A stretch of DNA of 64,000 nt. Origin: Heptranchias perlo. Its lineage: Eukaryota. The stretch covers positions 8,618,001 to 8,682,000 of the forward strand of contig NW_027139453.1 of assembly GCF_035084215.1 (NCBI RefSeq), read 5' to 3'. Below, one piece after another: positions 12,555 to 24,959 of the stretch (positions are counted from its first letter, which is position 1; each line of letters opens with the position of its first letter). A program made the translations under genes and the position numbers. Below the pieces are notes generated by a model that searched no databases, had not been told where the DNA came from, and saw only the letters and a list, made by a program, of their open reading frames with translations.

Positions 12555-13660
12555 AGTGCGTTTGTGAGTGTGTGTGTCTGTGAGTGTGTGAATGTCGCTG
12601 TGAGTGTGCAGGTGTGTCTGCCAGTGTGTTTGTCAGTTTGCGAATGTGGCTGTGAGTGTGTAGGTGTGCCTGTTAGTGTGGCTGTGATTGTATCTGTGAG
12701 TATGGCATGTGTGTGTCTGTGAGTGTGGCTGTGTGTGTTTGTGAATGTGTCTGTGAGTGTGACTATGAGTGTGGCTGTGATTTTTCTGTGTGTGACTGTG
12801 ATTTTGTCTGTAAGTGTCGGTGATTGTGTCTGTGAGTGTGTTTGTGAGTTTGTCTGTGAGTGTGGATAAGTGTGACTGTGAATTTTTTCATTGAGTGTGT
12901 GTGTGTGTGTGTGTGTTTGTGGCTGTGAGTCTCCCTGTGTGTCTGTGAGTGTGGCTGCGTGTGTGGCTGTGAGTATTGCTGTGATTGTGTATGTGATTGT
13001 CCATGTCCGGGAGTGTGTCTGAGTGTGTCTTTGATTTTGTCTGTGTGTGGCTGAGTGTGAATGTGAGTTTTTACATGAGTTTGTCTGTGAGTGTGGTTGT
13101 GTGTGCAGGGCTGTGAGTGTGTCTGTGATTGTGACTGCGAATGTCCATGTGTGTGTCTGTGTGTGTGGCAGTTATTGTGTCTGTGAGTGTGGCTGCGTGT
13201 GTGGCTGTGAATTTGGTCGTGAGTGTGTCTGTGAGTGTGTCTGTTAGTGTGTCTGTGGCTGTGAGTTTAGCTGTGATTGTGTCTGTGCGTGGCTGTGAGC
13301 GTGACTGTAACTTTGTCTGTGAATTTGTCTGTGAGTTGGTCTGTGAGTGTGTCTGTAAGCGTGGTTGTGTATGCGTAGCTTTGAGTGTGTCCGTGATTGT
13401 GACTGTGAGTGTCCCTGTTTGTGTCTGTGAGCAAGGCAGTGATTGTGTCTGTGTGAGTGTCTGTGTGTGTGTCTGAGTGTGTCTGTGTGTGTATGTGAGT
13501 GTTTCTGTGAGTACGGCTGTGTTTCTGTCTGAGTGGCTGTGAGTGTGTCTGTGAGTGTGTCTGTGAGTTTGTCGGTGTGAGTATCTGTGAGTGTGTCGGT
13601 GAGTGTGTCTGTAATTGTGTCTGTGAGTGTGGCTGTGTGTGTGTTTGTGAGTGTGGGAGA
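12555..13660. repeat. TG-rich cryptic simple repeat (gtgtctgtga-like)
   Basis: Low-complexity TG composition. Confidence 0.95.
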
Positions 13661-13699
13661 CAGAGTGAGGGAGAGACACGAGGCTCATCGATCAACACG

Positions 13700-13819
13700 T
13701 TTATTGTGAGGCTCGGTTCCAGGTCAGACGTTAATCTCGGGCCTGGTCCAAGGTGGAGAATCTGGTGACGCTCTACCCCTATGGCTCTGTTGCCGGCGAT
13801 CTCTCAGAGCGATAGTTCA
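13700..13819 (-). other. Candidate terminal exon with poly(A) signal, possibly the last exon of the A2M-like gene
   Basis: ttttttgcacAG|TG AAC TAT CGC...CCA TAG (phase 1, stop 13779-13781); AATAAA at 13705-13700; unique island between repeats. Confidence 0.4.
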
Positions 13820-14164
13820 CTGTGCAAAAAAACACCAGACAATAAAACACGGAATCTGAGCTGAGGGGAACAGTTCGATTGGATGGGCTGAATGGCCTCT
13901 TCCTGTTCCTATGAATAAACAGGGAATATTTTAGTCTTTAATTGTGGATGAAATGACCACCTTTCCAGATAATGAGACAATAGTTAAAAGGAGCCTGTAC
14001 AGATTTAAAAAGTAACGATCGTGTGTGACAAACCTCTACGAATTAATTTGAGGACGAAACAGAGAGGGTAGATTGAGAATGCAGTGGATGTAGAATACAT
14101 GAACTTCAGGACAAGGTAGCTCACAGCGTATTAATAGAGAGGATTAGGGGGTATTAAGGTAATC

Positions 14165-15110
14165 AGGGAGATACAGATGCCGAGAGACAGCGAGAGAGAT
14201 ACAGAGAGCCAGAGTGAGAGAGGGAGAGAGTGAGAGACGGAGACAGCGGCAGACAGAGTGAGCGACAAAGGGAGAGAGGGTGTGAGAGAAACGGAGAGGG
14301 TCAGGTAGAGAGAGATGGAGGGAGAGACAAAGAGCGAGAGGGACAGGCAGAGACGGGGAGAGAGACAGGCAGAGAGATACAGTAAGACAGGCACACGGGA
14401 AGATGGAGAGAGATCAAGAGAGAAAGAGAGAGAGAAAGAGGGAGAGAGAGAGACAGACAGAGAGAGAGAGAGCGACAGAGAGTGAGAGAGAGAGTTATAG
14501 AGAGGGGGAGAAAGCTAGAGAGAGGGAGAGATAGGGAGGGAAAGAGAGAGAAAGAGAGAGAGACAGAGAGAGGCAGAGAGTGAGACGGAGTGAGACAGAC
14601 GGAGAGAGTGAACGAGTCACCGAGAGAAAGGGTGAGATAGAGAGAGACAGACAGAGGGAGAGAGCGAAAAAAGAGATAGAGAGGGGAGTGAGAGAGAGAG
14701 GGAGGAGGATGGAGAGAGGGAGTTAGAGTGCATTCTGTGGACAGGGAGAGAGGGAGTGAGAGTGGAATCAGTGGACAAGGAGAGAGGGAGTGAGAGTGGA
14801 ATCAGTGGACAATGAGAGAGGGAGTGAGAGTGGATTCTGTGGACAGGGAGAGAGGGAGTGACAGTGGAACCTATGGACAGAGAGAGGGAGTGAAACTGGG
14901 TTCTGTGGACAGTGAGATAGGGAGTGAGAGTGGATTCTGTGGACAGGGAAAGAGGGAGTGAGAGTGGATTCTGTGGACAGAGAGAGGGAGTGAGAGTGGA
15001 TTCTGTGGACAGGGAGAGAGGGAGTGAGAGTGGATTCTGTGGACAGGGAGAGAGGGAGTGAGAGTGGATTCTGTGGACAGGGAGAGAGGGAGTGAGAGTG
15101 GATTCTGTGG
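14165..15110. repeat. GA-rich simple repeat (14165-14720) followed by a 32-34-bp minisatellite (ggattctgtggacagggagagagggagtgagagt)
   Basis: Direct inspection. Confidence 0.92.
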
Positions 15111-15130
15111 CAAGTGAAAATGCTCAAAAT

Positions 15131-15219
15131 TCAATTGAGGTTTTCTCGTCTCGTGACAGTGATTCGAGACACACTTTCCGTTCTGATTGGTCTGTGGTAT
15201 TCAGCGATGGCCGAGTCAC
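15131..15219 (-). pseudogene. A2M-like: Alpha-2-macroglobulin-family exon remnant (GDSAIAEYHRP...)
   Basis: Resembles A2M DEFAIAEYNAP (from memory). Pyrimidine tract present, but the in-frame acceptor reads AA instead of AG at 15221-15220. Confidence 0.6.
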
Positions 15220-15254
15220 TTGAAGGGGAAAGGGAGAGCAGGAAGTGAATAAAA

Positions 15255-17615
15255 ACTTCGGAATGAACAACCGGGAATAAACACCCGAGAATAAACACGC
15301 ATGTGCAGACATCTGGGAATAAATAATTGGGAAATAAAGAATGGGATATAATTCTGGGAATAAACACCAGGAAATAAAAGCCGTGGAATAAACACCCGAG
15401 AATTAACGCGATTGAATACACATGAGGGAATAAACTCCTGGGAATATACACCCAGGGATAATTCGGGAATGGGACAGGGAGCGATCAGTGGAAATGAACA
15501 CAAGAATTGCACGGAGCGAGGTCAATGGGAATAAATGCCCAGGAATTTATTAGGGAGAGATGAAAGTAATCAAAAATCGTGAATTTGACAGGGAGTGATT
15601 GAAGAGAATAAATGACCGGGAAACAGACAGGGAGCGATGGATGGGAATAAACACCCAGAATTTGGACAGGGTAAGATGGAAAGGAATAAACACCCAGGAA
15701 TTGGACAGGGTGAGATGGAAGGGAGTAAACACTCGGGAATTGAACACGGAGAGATAAAAGGGATTAAACACCCGGGAATTGGACAAGGAGTGATATAAGT
15801 GATTAAAAACCTGGGAATTGGCAAGTGGATATACAAGCGAAAAACGCAGGGGAATTTGAGAAGGAGAGATCTAAGGGATTAAACCCCTCTGGATTGGATA
15901 GAGAGAGATCGAACGGAATAAACCCCTCGGGATTGGATAGAGAGAGATCGAAGGGAATAAACCCATGGGGATTGGATAGAGAGAGATCAAAGGGAATAAA
16001 CCCCTGGGGATTGGATAGAGAGAGATCAAAGGGAATAAACCCCTGGGGATTGGATAGAGAGAAATCGAAGGGAATAAACACCGATAACTGAAAAGGGAGA
16101 AATCGAAGTGAATAAACACCCGCATATTGTACAGAGAGAAATCGAATGCAATAAACACCCGGGAATTGGACAGGAAGAGATCGAAGGGAAGAAACATCCG
16201 GGAATTGGACAGGGAGAGATCGAAGGGAATAAACTCGCGGGAATTAGACAGTGAGAGGTGTGGTGCAATAAAGACTCAAAGATTGGAGTGGGAGAGTTGG
16301 ATGGGCAAAATCACCCGGGAATGGAAAGGGAGAGATCGAAGAGAGTAAATACCCTGGGATTTTGAAAGGGAGAGATGGAAGGGAAAAGGGCCAGCGAATG
16401 AAACATGAACAGATCGAACGGAATAAACACCGAAAATTTGGATAGGGAGAGATGGAAGCGATTAAACACCCGGGGATTGGACAGGGAGAGTTCGAAGTGA
16501 ATGAACACCCGAGGATTGGATAGGGAGAGTTCGAAGGGAATAAACATCGGAGATTGGACACAGGGAGAAAAAAAGGGAGAAAACTGCCATGAATTGGACA
16601 GGGAGACATCGAAGGGAATAGACACCCAGCAAGTTGATTTTAAGAGATAGAAGAGATTAAACCCTCGGGGATTGGACACGGGGATATCGAAGGAACGACG
16701 CCAGGGAATTGTACAGGGAGCGGTCGAAAGGAATATTTACCCAGTGATTGGACACGGAGAGATCAAATTGAATTATCACCCGGAAATTGGACAAGTAGAG
16801 ATGGAAGGGAGAAAATACCTGGGAATTGTTCAGACAGACATGGAAGTGATAACATACCTGGGAATTGGACAGTGAAACGTGGAAGGGAGAAAACACCTGG
16901 GAATTGGACCGTGAAATAACGAAGGCAATGTACACAGGAATTGGACAGAGAGAAACAGTAAGGAAAAAACACCCAGTAATTGGACAGGGAGAGGTCGAAG
17001 TGAATAAATACGCTGGAATTGTACAGGGAGAGATGGAAGGGAATAAACACACGGGAAGTGGACAGAGAGAAGTGGCCGGGAATTATAACCACGAATTGGA
17101 CACGATTAATGCAAGGGATTAAACACTCGGGATTGGACCGGGAGAGAATGAAGAGAATGAGCATCCCGGCATTGGCAACGAGAGGTGGAGGGGAATAAAC
17201 AACTGGGAATTGGACAGAGAGAGATCGAACAAAATAAACACCCAGGGATTGCAGAGAGATATATCGAAAGGAATAATCACTCAGGGATTGCACAGGGGGA
17301 GATGGAACGGAATAAACACCCAGGGATGGCAGAGAGATATATCGAACGGAATAATCACTCAGGGATTGCACAGGGGGAGATCGAACGGAATAATCACTCA
17401 GGGATTGCACAGAGAGAAATCGAACGGAATAAACACCAGTGGATTGCACAGAGAGAAATCGACCGGAATAAACACCCAGGGATTGCACAGAGAGAGATGG
17501 AACTGAATGAACACACGAGGATTGGACAGGGAGAGATCGAGCGTAATAAACATCCAGAGATTGGACCGAGAGAGATGGAAGGGAAAAAACACCCGAACAT
17601 TTGACAGGGAGATGT
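15255..17615. repeat. 39-bp degenerate satellite (ggaataaacacccgggaattggacagggagagatcgaag-like) filling an A2M-like intron
   Basis: 13-aa periodic ORFs (FIPFDLSLSNPQG); 39-bp period at 15881/15920. Confidence 0.92.
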
Positions 17616-17642
17616 GGAAGTGTACTGTTCGAGGGGCCCGAC

Positions 17643-17748
17643 CTGTCTCGTAGTAATCATAGACTTCAACATCTGCCGGCTGCAAATTCTCCACCTCAAA
17701 ATTATGCATGGCGTGAAAGGATAATTGTAGGAGACGATTCGATTCCAT
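17643..17748 (-). pseudogene. A2M-like: Alpha-2-macroglobulin-family receptor-binding-domain exon (106 nt)
   Basis: AG|MESNRLLQLSFHAMHNFEVENLQPADVEVYDYYET-G|GT. The LxPAxVxVYDYYET signature and phase 0/1 boundaries are typical of A2M/ovostatin C-terminal exons. Confidence 0.8.
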
Positions 17749-19544
17749 CTCAAATGCACATCACAACTTACATCACAAACCCACAGCATCACAACCCACA
17801 TCACAACCACACATCGCAACACCACATCTCACTGACATCACGACCCCACATCCCAACAGCACATCACAAACCCACATCTCTTCCCCAGAAAGGCGCCGAG
17901 GCAGCAGGAGCAGTTGTGGAAGCCAAGCCCGTGCACGACCAGTTAGGACCTGGCACAGGCCAAGGTGGAGTCGCAATATCGATATTTATTCGGAGATACC
18001 ATCAACCCGAGTCTCAGGCCTGGTTGTAAAATGGCCCATGTACGATGGAGGCTTTACAAGAGGCAACACCTCAACCCGAGTTGTCAGAGCTGCTTTCTCA
18101 CTTCCCTAAACAAACAAAAAACGGTGCTCTCTCTGCAGAGAGAGAGAGAGGGAAGGAAATGAGGGAAGGAGAGTGGGTATTTGAAAAAGTCGGGAACGGT
18201 GGGCTGGGTGGGATACACTTTCCCGTTGGCCGATGATGTCTTCTTGTGGGGACTGGACGGGTGGAGGAGATCTCATCACCTCAGACAGCTGGAACAATCC
18301 AGGCTCAGTACTCCACAGGATGTGTTTTGCAGGAAAAAAAATCGGCCAGGCAATGGGGGTGTTTGTTAAATATGATTCATCCTCGCTTTTTAGTCCTTTT
18401 TGTGTCTTATTTGCTCCCCCTACCCCTCTTCAACCACTTCGTTGTTCTTTTCTTTTCAAGGCGAAGGAAAAAAGTCCAAGAGAAGACACAGAAAATTTCA
18501 TCAAACACAGGCCTCTTCTTCCACCTCCTGTGATGTGTTTATAGATACATCCACCCCAATGCAATCGAGGTTAGGATGAATCTGAATGAGTCTGTCAATC
18601 TCCCTCCTTCCAGGTAGATGTAGTTTTCCTTTATCCTTTCACTTCCCTCTCCCCTCTCCCCCAATCTTGAGAGCAAAAAGACCGCTCTCCTTAAACCCAT
18701 CTCTTTGACCGAGCTTTTGGTCACCCCTCCTAATATCTCCTTCCTTGGCTTATCTTTTTTCCTCGCCCCACCTGGAAGCCCCTCAGGATGTTTTTTTTCC
18801 CACATTTAAGGCGTTGTATTATTCAAGTTGGTGTTGCTGTTATAGTAACTAGGCCTGAATGGCTGCACACAGTATTTGGGCAGGTGGTGGGAACAGAATG
18901 TGGTTGAATTCTGACTGATATCCTCGTGTCAAGGTGCATTTCACCCTTTCAATGGCAGCATCCCTTCTCTGGCAAATTGTTAAACATTTCACCTCACACG
19001 CTAAATCTCAAGAAATAATTAATATTTAAAATGGTACTGGGAAATTCGGAGTTGTATTAGTACTCTAATATTAATAGAATATAGTTAATCGATTTAAATA
19101 TAGTTGTAAAACATTACTTAGCCTCCCCCTCAGCTTTCATCCATATTCTCTAATTAATCTGTTTCTCTCTTTCATTTTTTTTGTGTCTGTGCCATCCATT
19201 TTAGGCCACATTGCTTTAAATCTCTACCTCATTGGCTGCTTCAGCTAAGCAATGAACAAGCTGATTGGCAGCTTTCTAAAAGAGCTGGGATTGGTGGGGA
19301 TGGTTTCTTTGTTTGATATCAGAATGGTTTGCTGTGTGGATCGAGCGCTCGCTGAACTGCGAGGGTAACGAAGGGTTATTACAGGGAAGGAGGGTGGTGC
19401 AGGATGTCTAAAGCCGAAATAATCCGAGCAAAAGTACTGGGAAACTTTACTCAATTTAGGTTTGGGTGTTGAAGAAAAAAGTTTCAGGCCTCTTACTCCC
19501 CCCTCAAAATAATACCATTTAGATTAGGTGTTGGAGCAACTTCC

Positions 19545-20905
19545 TTGCTTTTGTAATAATAAAGCCCAGTGTCCCATATGTTTTTTTTAAAACAGACTTC
19601 TCAACTTCTCCTTCCACCTTCAAAGATTAGTCCACATACTGCTCCAGGTGTCTCTGTCCCTGCACCCACTTCAAACTTGTCCCATTTAGTTGATATTGCC
19701 TCTCCTCATAGCACCGACCAAAATGCATCACTTCACACTTCTCCATGTAAAATTTCAGCTGCCATCTGTCTGCCCATTTCCCCAGTCTGTCGATGTCCTC
19801 CTGAATCTGTTACTATCGTCGACATTATTTACTACATTTCCGATTTTCGTATTCTGCAAACTTTGAACAGATTCGGAAAATAGACGTGCATGCGATTAAA
19901 GGGACGTGGTTATTTGAGCACATTATTGGCTACGGGATAAGGTGCAGAAAGTAACAGTGAATGGATATTGTTCTGACTGGAGAGAAGCAGTGGGGTCCCC
20001 CAAGCATCGGTATTAGGAAAATTGCTTTTCTTGTTACATAGAAATAACCTGCACTTGTGTTTCAGACGTACAATTCCCAAGTTTGCGGGTAATACAAAAC
20101 TTGGCAACGTAGTAAATAGTGAGGACGATAGTAGCGGACATCATGAGGACACAGACAGACTGGTGAAATGGGCAGACAAATGGCAGATGCAATTTAATGA
20201 GTATGAATTGATGCACTTTGGGAGTAACAACTTGGCGAGGCAGTATAATCTAAATGGGACTATTTTAAGGGGGGAGCAAGAGCAGGGTGCGGGGGCGGAT
20301 ATTCCAAATCTTTCAACGTGGGAGGGCAAGTTGATAAGGCAGTTAAGAAAGAGTATTGGATCTTTGGTTTTGTAACTGGAGGCATTTCGTAAAAAACAAG
20401 GAAGTCAAGCAGAACCTTTATAAATCACTAATTCGGCCTCAGTTGGAGTATTGTGTCCAATTCTGGGCACCTCACTTCAGGAAGGATGTCAAGGCCTTGG
20501 AGAGAGTACAGAGGAGGACAGACTAGGGAAGCTAGGGTTGTTCTCTTTCGAGCAGAGAAGGTTAAAGGGGAGACAAAACAAAGGCATTCAAAATGATGAA
20601 GGGTCTTGATAGAGCAAGTAGGTAGGAGCTGTTTCCTGTGTCAAGTGGGTCATTTAAAAAGGTCACAGATTTCAAAGGATTGGCAAAAGAACGAGAGGGG
20701 AAAAGAGGAGATTTTTTTTCACCAGCTGAAAGGCCGATGGAAACAGGTGCCGGAGGATGTTTGAAAAGGCATTTGGACATTTAGTCCAAGCCAACAAAAT
20801 TGCTGAGATCGGGTTGTGGGAGTAAATTAGACGGCTCTTTCAATGAACAGGTACAGGCACGAAGGCGCCGAATGGCCAACAGCTCTGCTGTTAGAATCTA
20901 AGATT
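19545..20905. mobile_element. CR1 LINE fragments (minus about 19545-19870; plus about 19890-20905)
   Basis: KFAGNTKLG, DRLVKWADKWQMQFN and [13 protein letters not shown] motifs. Confidence 0.85.
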
Positions 20906-20939
20906 CCATTGTTCTATTATCTCCTCTATCACCGGCCTA

Positions 20940-21470
20940 ATTAACACACTGATCACTGTCGCATCCATGCCGGGAGCTGCTCGACCTCCCGCCCCATTAA
21001 CAAGCTGATCACTGACACCGACAGTCCCGGGTTCTCCTCCACCTCATGACCCAATAAGACACTGATCACTGACAGCTACCGTTCCGGGATCTCCTCTCGC
21101 TCCCGTCCCATTAACACACTGATCACTGACACCTGCAGTCCCGGGATCTCCTCTGCTTCCCGCACCATTAACACACTGATCACTGACACCTGCATTCCCG
21201 GGATCTTCTCCACCTCCCGTCCCATTAACACACTGATCACCGACACCGACAGTCCTGGGATCTCCTGTACCTCCCTCCCCATTAAGACACTGATCACTGA
21301 CACCTACAGTCCTGGGATCTCATCTAACGCCCGTCCCCTTAACACACTGATCACCGACACCTACAGTCCTGGGATCTCCTCTACCTCCCGTCCCATTAAC
21401 ACACTGATCACCGACACCTACAGTCCCGGGATCTCCTCTACCTCCCGCCCCATTAACACACTGATCACCA
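20940..21470. repeat. 57-bp minisatellite downstream of GPCR-B (about 9 units)
   Basis: cccattaacacactgatcaccgacacctacagtcctgggatctcctctacctcccgt; inverse of 45960-47300. Confidence 0.92.
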
Positions 21471-21726
21471 TCAGCCTGTATTGCTGTTTACTTGATGACC
21501 TTTAAATTTCTCCAAAAATGGTCAAACATTTGGTGCAATTAGTGACCACATTTTAATTTGCAACTTGTCCTGGCATGTGATGCACACTTTGACAAGATCT
21601 ATAAAATGAGTCTATCAAAGTCTCAGGTTATAAACGTTTCAGCGATTACATAAACACCCATTGTTTGCAGCACCGCAGCCTGTCGGAATAACACAGATCT
21701 CACTCTGCAGCCTTCGGATCTTCGCA

Positions 21727-24438
21727 CTATTTAATGAATTTAACAATTACAGTAAAGGGATGTTTCACCACATTCTTCAACTGCTCTCTGAATTTCGCCT
21801 GGGTCACGGCATAAATACAGGTGTTTGTGCAGCAACTCAGGAGTTGGAGCATAAATCCCAGTTCTTGTAAAAGTGGATGTAGAATTACAGGCGTTCGCTC
21901 CAAATACAACAATCGTCGATTCAAAGAATACAACATGAACACCACCCATAACACGATAAAGTTTCCTGAGATAACAAAGAGTAAAATCATTGATTTCCTG
22001 CGACTCTCCATCTCTGGGTCTCTGGGACTCTCCCCACTGCTGTGACCCCGGAGTCTCCTGCGGGCTCTGCTGGCCACGAAAATGTGTCTGACTGTTAAAA
22101 CTTTGAGGAACAGAATCAGAATAAATGGTACACACGGGGTGAGGATATAATGAAGGAATTCGATAACTGCCCATACCGGTGATCCTGAAACACCCGTTAC
22201 ATCAATGCAAAATCAAGGGTTATTGGAAAGAAGATATTCACCTGTGAACATAAAGTACCAGCAAATATTCTTTAAACAGCTCAGCACACTCACTGTTCCG
22301 AGAACCACAGCCGCCGTTTTCTTGGTGCAATAATTAGTTTTCAGCTTCTGGGAACAAATGGCCACAAATCGGTCGAAGGTGAAAGTGACGGTGAACCAGA
22401 CAGAACAGTCTGTGACTGCGTAAAGCAGGACGGCGTGGATATTACACACGGGAAAGTGGTCTAGAAAAGGGAACAGTGAACGATAAATAATGGGAATCTG
22501 CCTCAATATCAGATCGATGATAACGACCAGTAGATCCGCCGCTGCCATGGACACCAGGTAGCGAGTGACACATTTGGAGAGACCGCACTTTCCACCAGAC
22601 AGGATCACAATTGTCAATAAATTCACTGTAAGGAAGCGAAATAAAGATGGGAATTCTCGATCAAGCTGGGACTCTCTGTAAACAATAAAAACGTCTCTGG
22701 AACCACATGTATATATTGGTGCAATCGCTGGATTCTCTGTAAATATTAGTACAGCCTTTGGATCCCCTGTAAATATTAGTACAGTCTCTGGATCATCTGT
22801 AAATATTAGTACAGTCTCTGGATCCCCTGTGAATATTAATACAGTCTCTGGATCCCCAGCAAATATTAGGACAGTCTCTGGATCCCCTGTGAATATTAAT
22901 ACAGTCTCTGGATCCCCTGCAAATATTAGGACAGTCTCTGGATCACCTCTAAATATTAGTACAGTCTCTGGATCCCATGTAAATATTAGTACAGTCTCTG
23001 GATCACATGTAAGTATTCGTACAGTCTCTGGATCCCCTGTAAATATTAGTACAGTCTCTGGATCATCTGTAAATATTAGTACAGTCTCTGGATCCCCTGT
23101 GAATATTAATGCAGTCTCTGGATCCCCTGCAAATATTAGGACAGTCTCTGGATCCCCTGTGAATATTAATACAGTCTCTGGATCCCCTGCAAATATTAGG
23201 ACAGTTTTTGGATCACCTCTAAATATTAGTACAGTCTCTGGATCCCATGTAAATATTAGTACAGTCTCTGGATCCCCTGTAATTATTAGTACAGTCTCTG
23301 GATCCCATGTAAATATTAGTACAGTCTCTGGATCCCCTGTAATTATTAGTACAGTCTCTGGATCCCATGTAAATATTAGTACAGTCTCTGGATCACATGT
23401 AAATATTCGTACAGTCTCTGGATCCCCTGTAAATATTAGTACAGTCTCTGGTCCCCTGTAAATATTACTGCAGTATCTTGATTTCCGGTATATATTAGTA
23501 CTGTGTATGTATCCACCTGTAAATATAATTACCATCTCTGGTTCTCCTGTGAAAATAGTTGCCTCCCTGTATCCACTTATAATTATTAGTACCACCTTCG
23601 GATCAACTGTAAATATTAATACAGTCTCTGAATCCCCCTGTAAATATTAGTGCTGTCTCTGGACCCACTGTATATATTAGTACAGTTTCTGGGTCCCCCT
23701 TTAAATCATAGTACCATTTCTGGTTCCCCTGTAAATATTCGTTGCCTCCCTCTATTGCACTGTAAATATTAGTGCCACCTCCGGATCCACTGTAAATATT
23801 AGTATTGTCTCTGAATTACCTCTAAATTTTACTATCGGCCCTGGACTCCCAGCAAATATTAGCATCATCTCTGGACCACCCTGTAAATACTGACACACTC
23901 CAAGGCCCCATAAAAACAGGCTCATTCCAGGGCTCCCTGAACATACAAACTCACTCCCAGGGTCCCATTGTAAATGAACCCTAACACATAGAAAGCCGCT
24001 TTAAATATATTTCCCATCCATGTTCACCCTATCGCAATAGTTCCCATCCCACGTTAAAACTTTATTTTTTACGGTGGATATTAAGACTCACCAGGAACAC
24101 CGACAGCAGCGAGGAGGGGCTAATAAATAATGAGAACAGTAATACAGTGGAACATGGTGTATAGAATTAATAGTTGGATATAGAGACTTACCAGGAACAC
24201 CGACAGCAGCGAGTAGCGGATAGTATATTAATTGTATACTCTGAAGCATACAATATGTCCGCCCCGCAAATGACATTGAACCATAATATACATGCAGATA
24301 TTGAAATATCCAGAATGGACTGTCCCAATCTATTGTTCTAAGATTCCGACCCATTGCTGTAACATTCCAATCTATTGTTCTAAGATTCCGACCCATTGCT
24401 GTAACATTCCAATCTATTGTTCTAAGATTCTGACCCAT
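21727..24438 (-). pseudogene. GPR139-like: GPR139/GPR142-like GPCR copy B: exon 1 24438..24192, exon 2 22625..21727; single in-frame TGA at 22215-22213
   Basis: Same exon sizes as intact copy C (247+899 nt); GT/AG intact; TFDRFVAIC and SCCTNTCIYA motifs. The Trp codon of C (NTPWFC) is TGA here and the frame continues afterwards. Confidence 0.9.
22725..23880. repeat. 30-bp intronic minisatellite in the intron of GPCR-B
   Basis: Same unit as 105-1500, more homogeneous. Confidence 0.95.
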
Positions 24439-24959
24439 TGTTTGACATTCGAATCTATTGTTCCCGGGTTCCGATCTATTCTCTCCCACTCTGTAGAGCC
24501 GCTGTTCCCTGTTAGTACCGGAGGTGATGCTCCCACTGACACGATGGGATAACACATTGAAAGTAGTCGCTTATTTATGTCACAGGAAAACATTCCAGTG
24601 AGACAATTAGGACCCATGGAGACTGACATTAATTCCAGTCACTGAACAAACAGATTCGGTCAAAACTTTAAACTCAAGGCATATGACATCAAAACATTTA
24701 TTTAATCAAATATTAGACAGATGGAAAGCCCAAAGCCCAGTATATTATTTCAATAAATATTTGGAACAACAGAAGCGATGAGACCCGCAGTCTGACAGCA
24801 TTGAAGCTGGATTTTTGCTTCTGTCTGCTGGTACAATTGTAATTGTTTGTTGAAGCTCCCTATACTTGGATAGAATTGCTACAGTATATAAAGAGCGGTT
24901 TGGCAGGTCTTACATTGTTGGTTTCGTTTACAACAGTGCGCTGAACAATATTCCTGTCA

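Noticed and set aside
13047-13698. His/Thr- or Cys/Val-rich ORFs (also 35373-36561, 38716-39382)
   Set aside because: TG/CA low-complexity artefacts.
18539-18660. ERIKENYIYLE as the preceding A2M exon
   Set aside because: Weak resemblance only, no proper splice sites, and adjacent to an L2 tail.
22213-22215. Selenocysteine or programmed readthrough at the GPCR-B TGA
   Set aside because: The position is Trp in the paralog, the context TGA-TTT is not a readthrough motif, and no SECIS was recognised.
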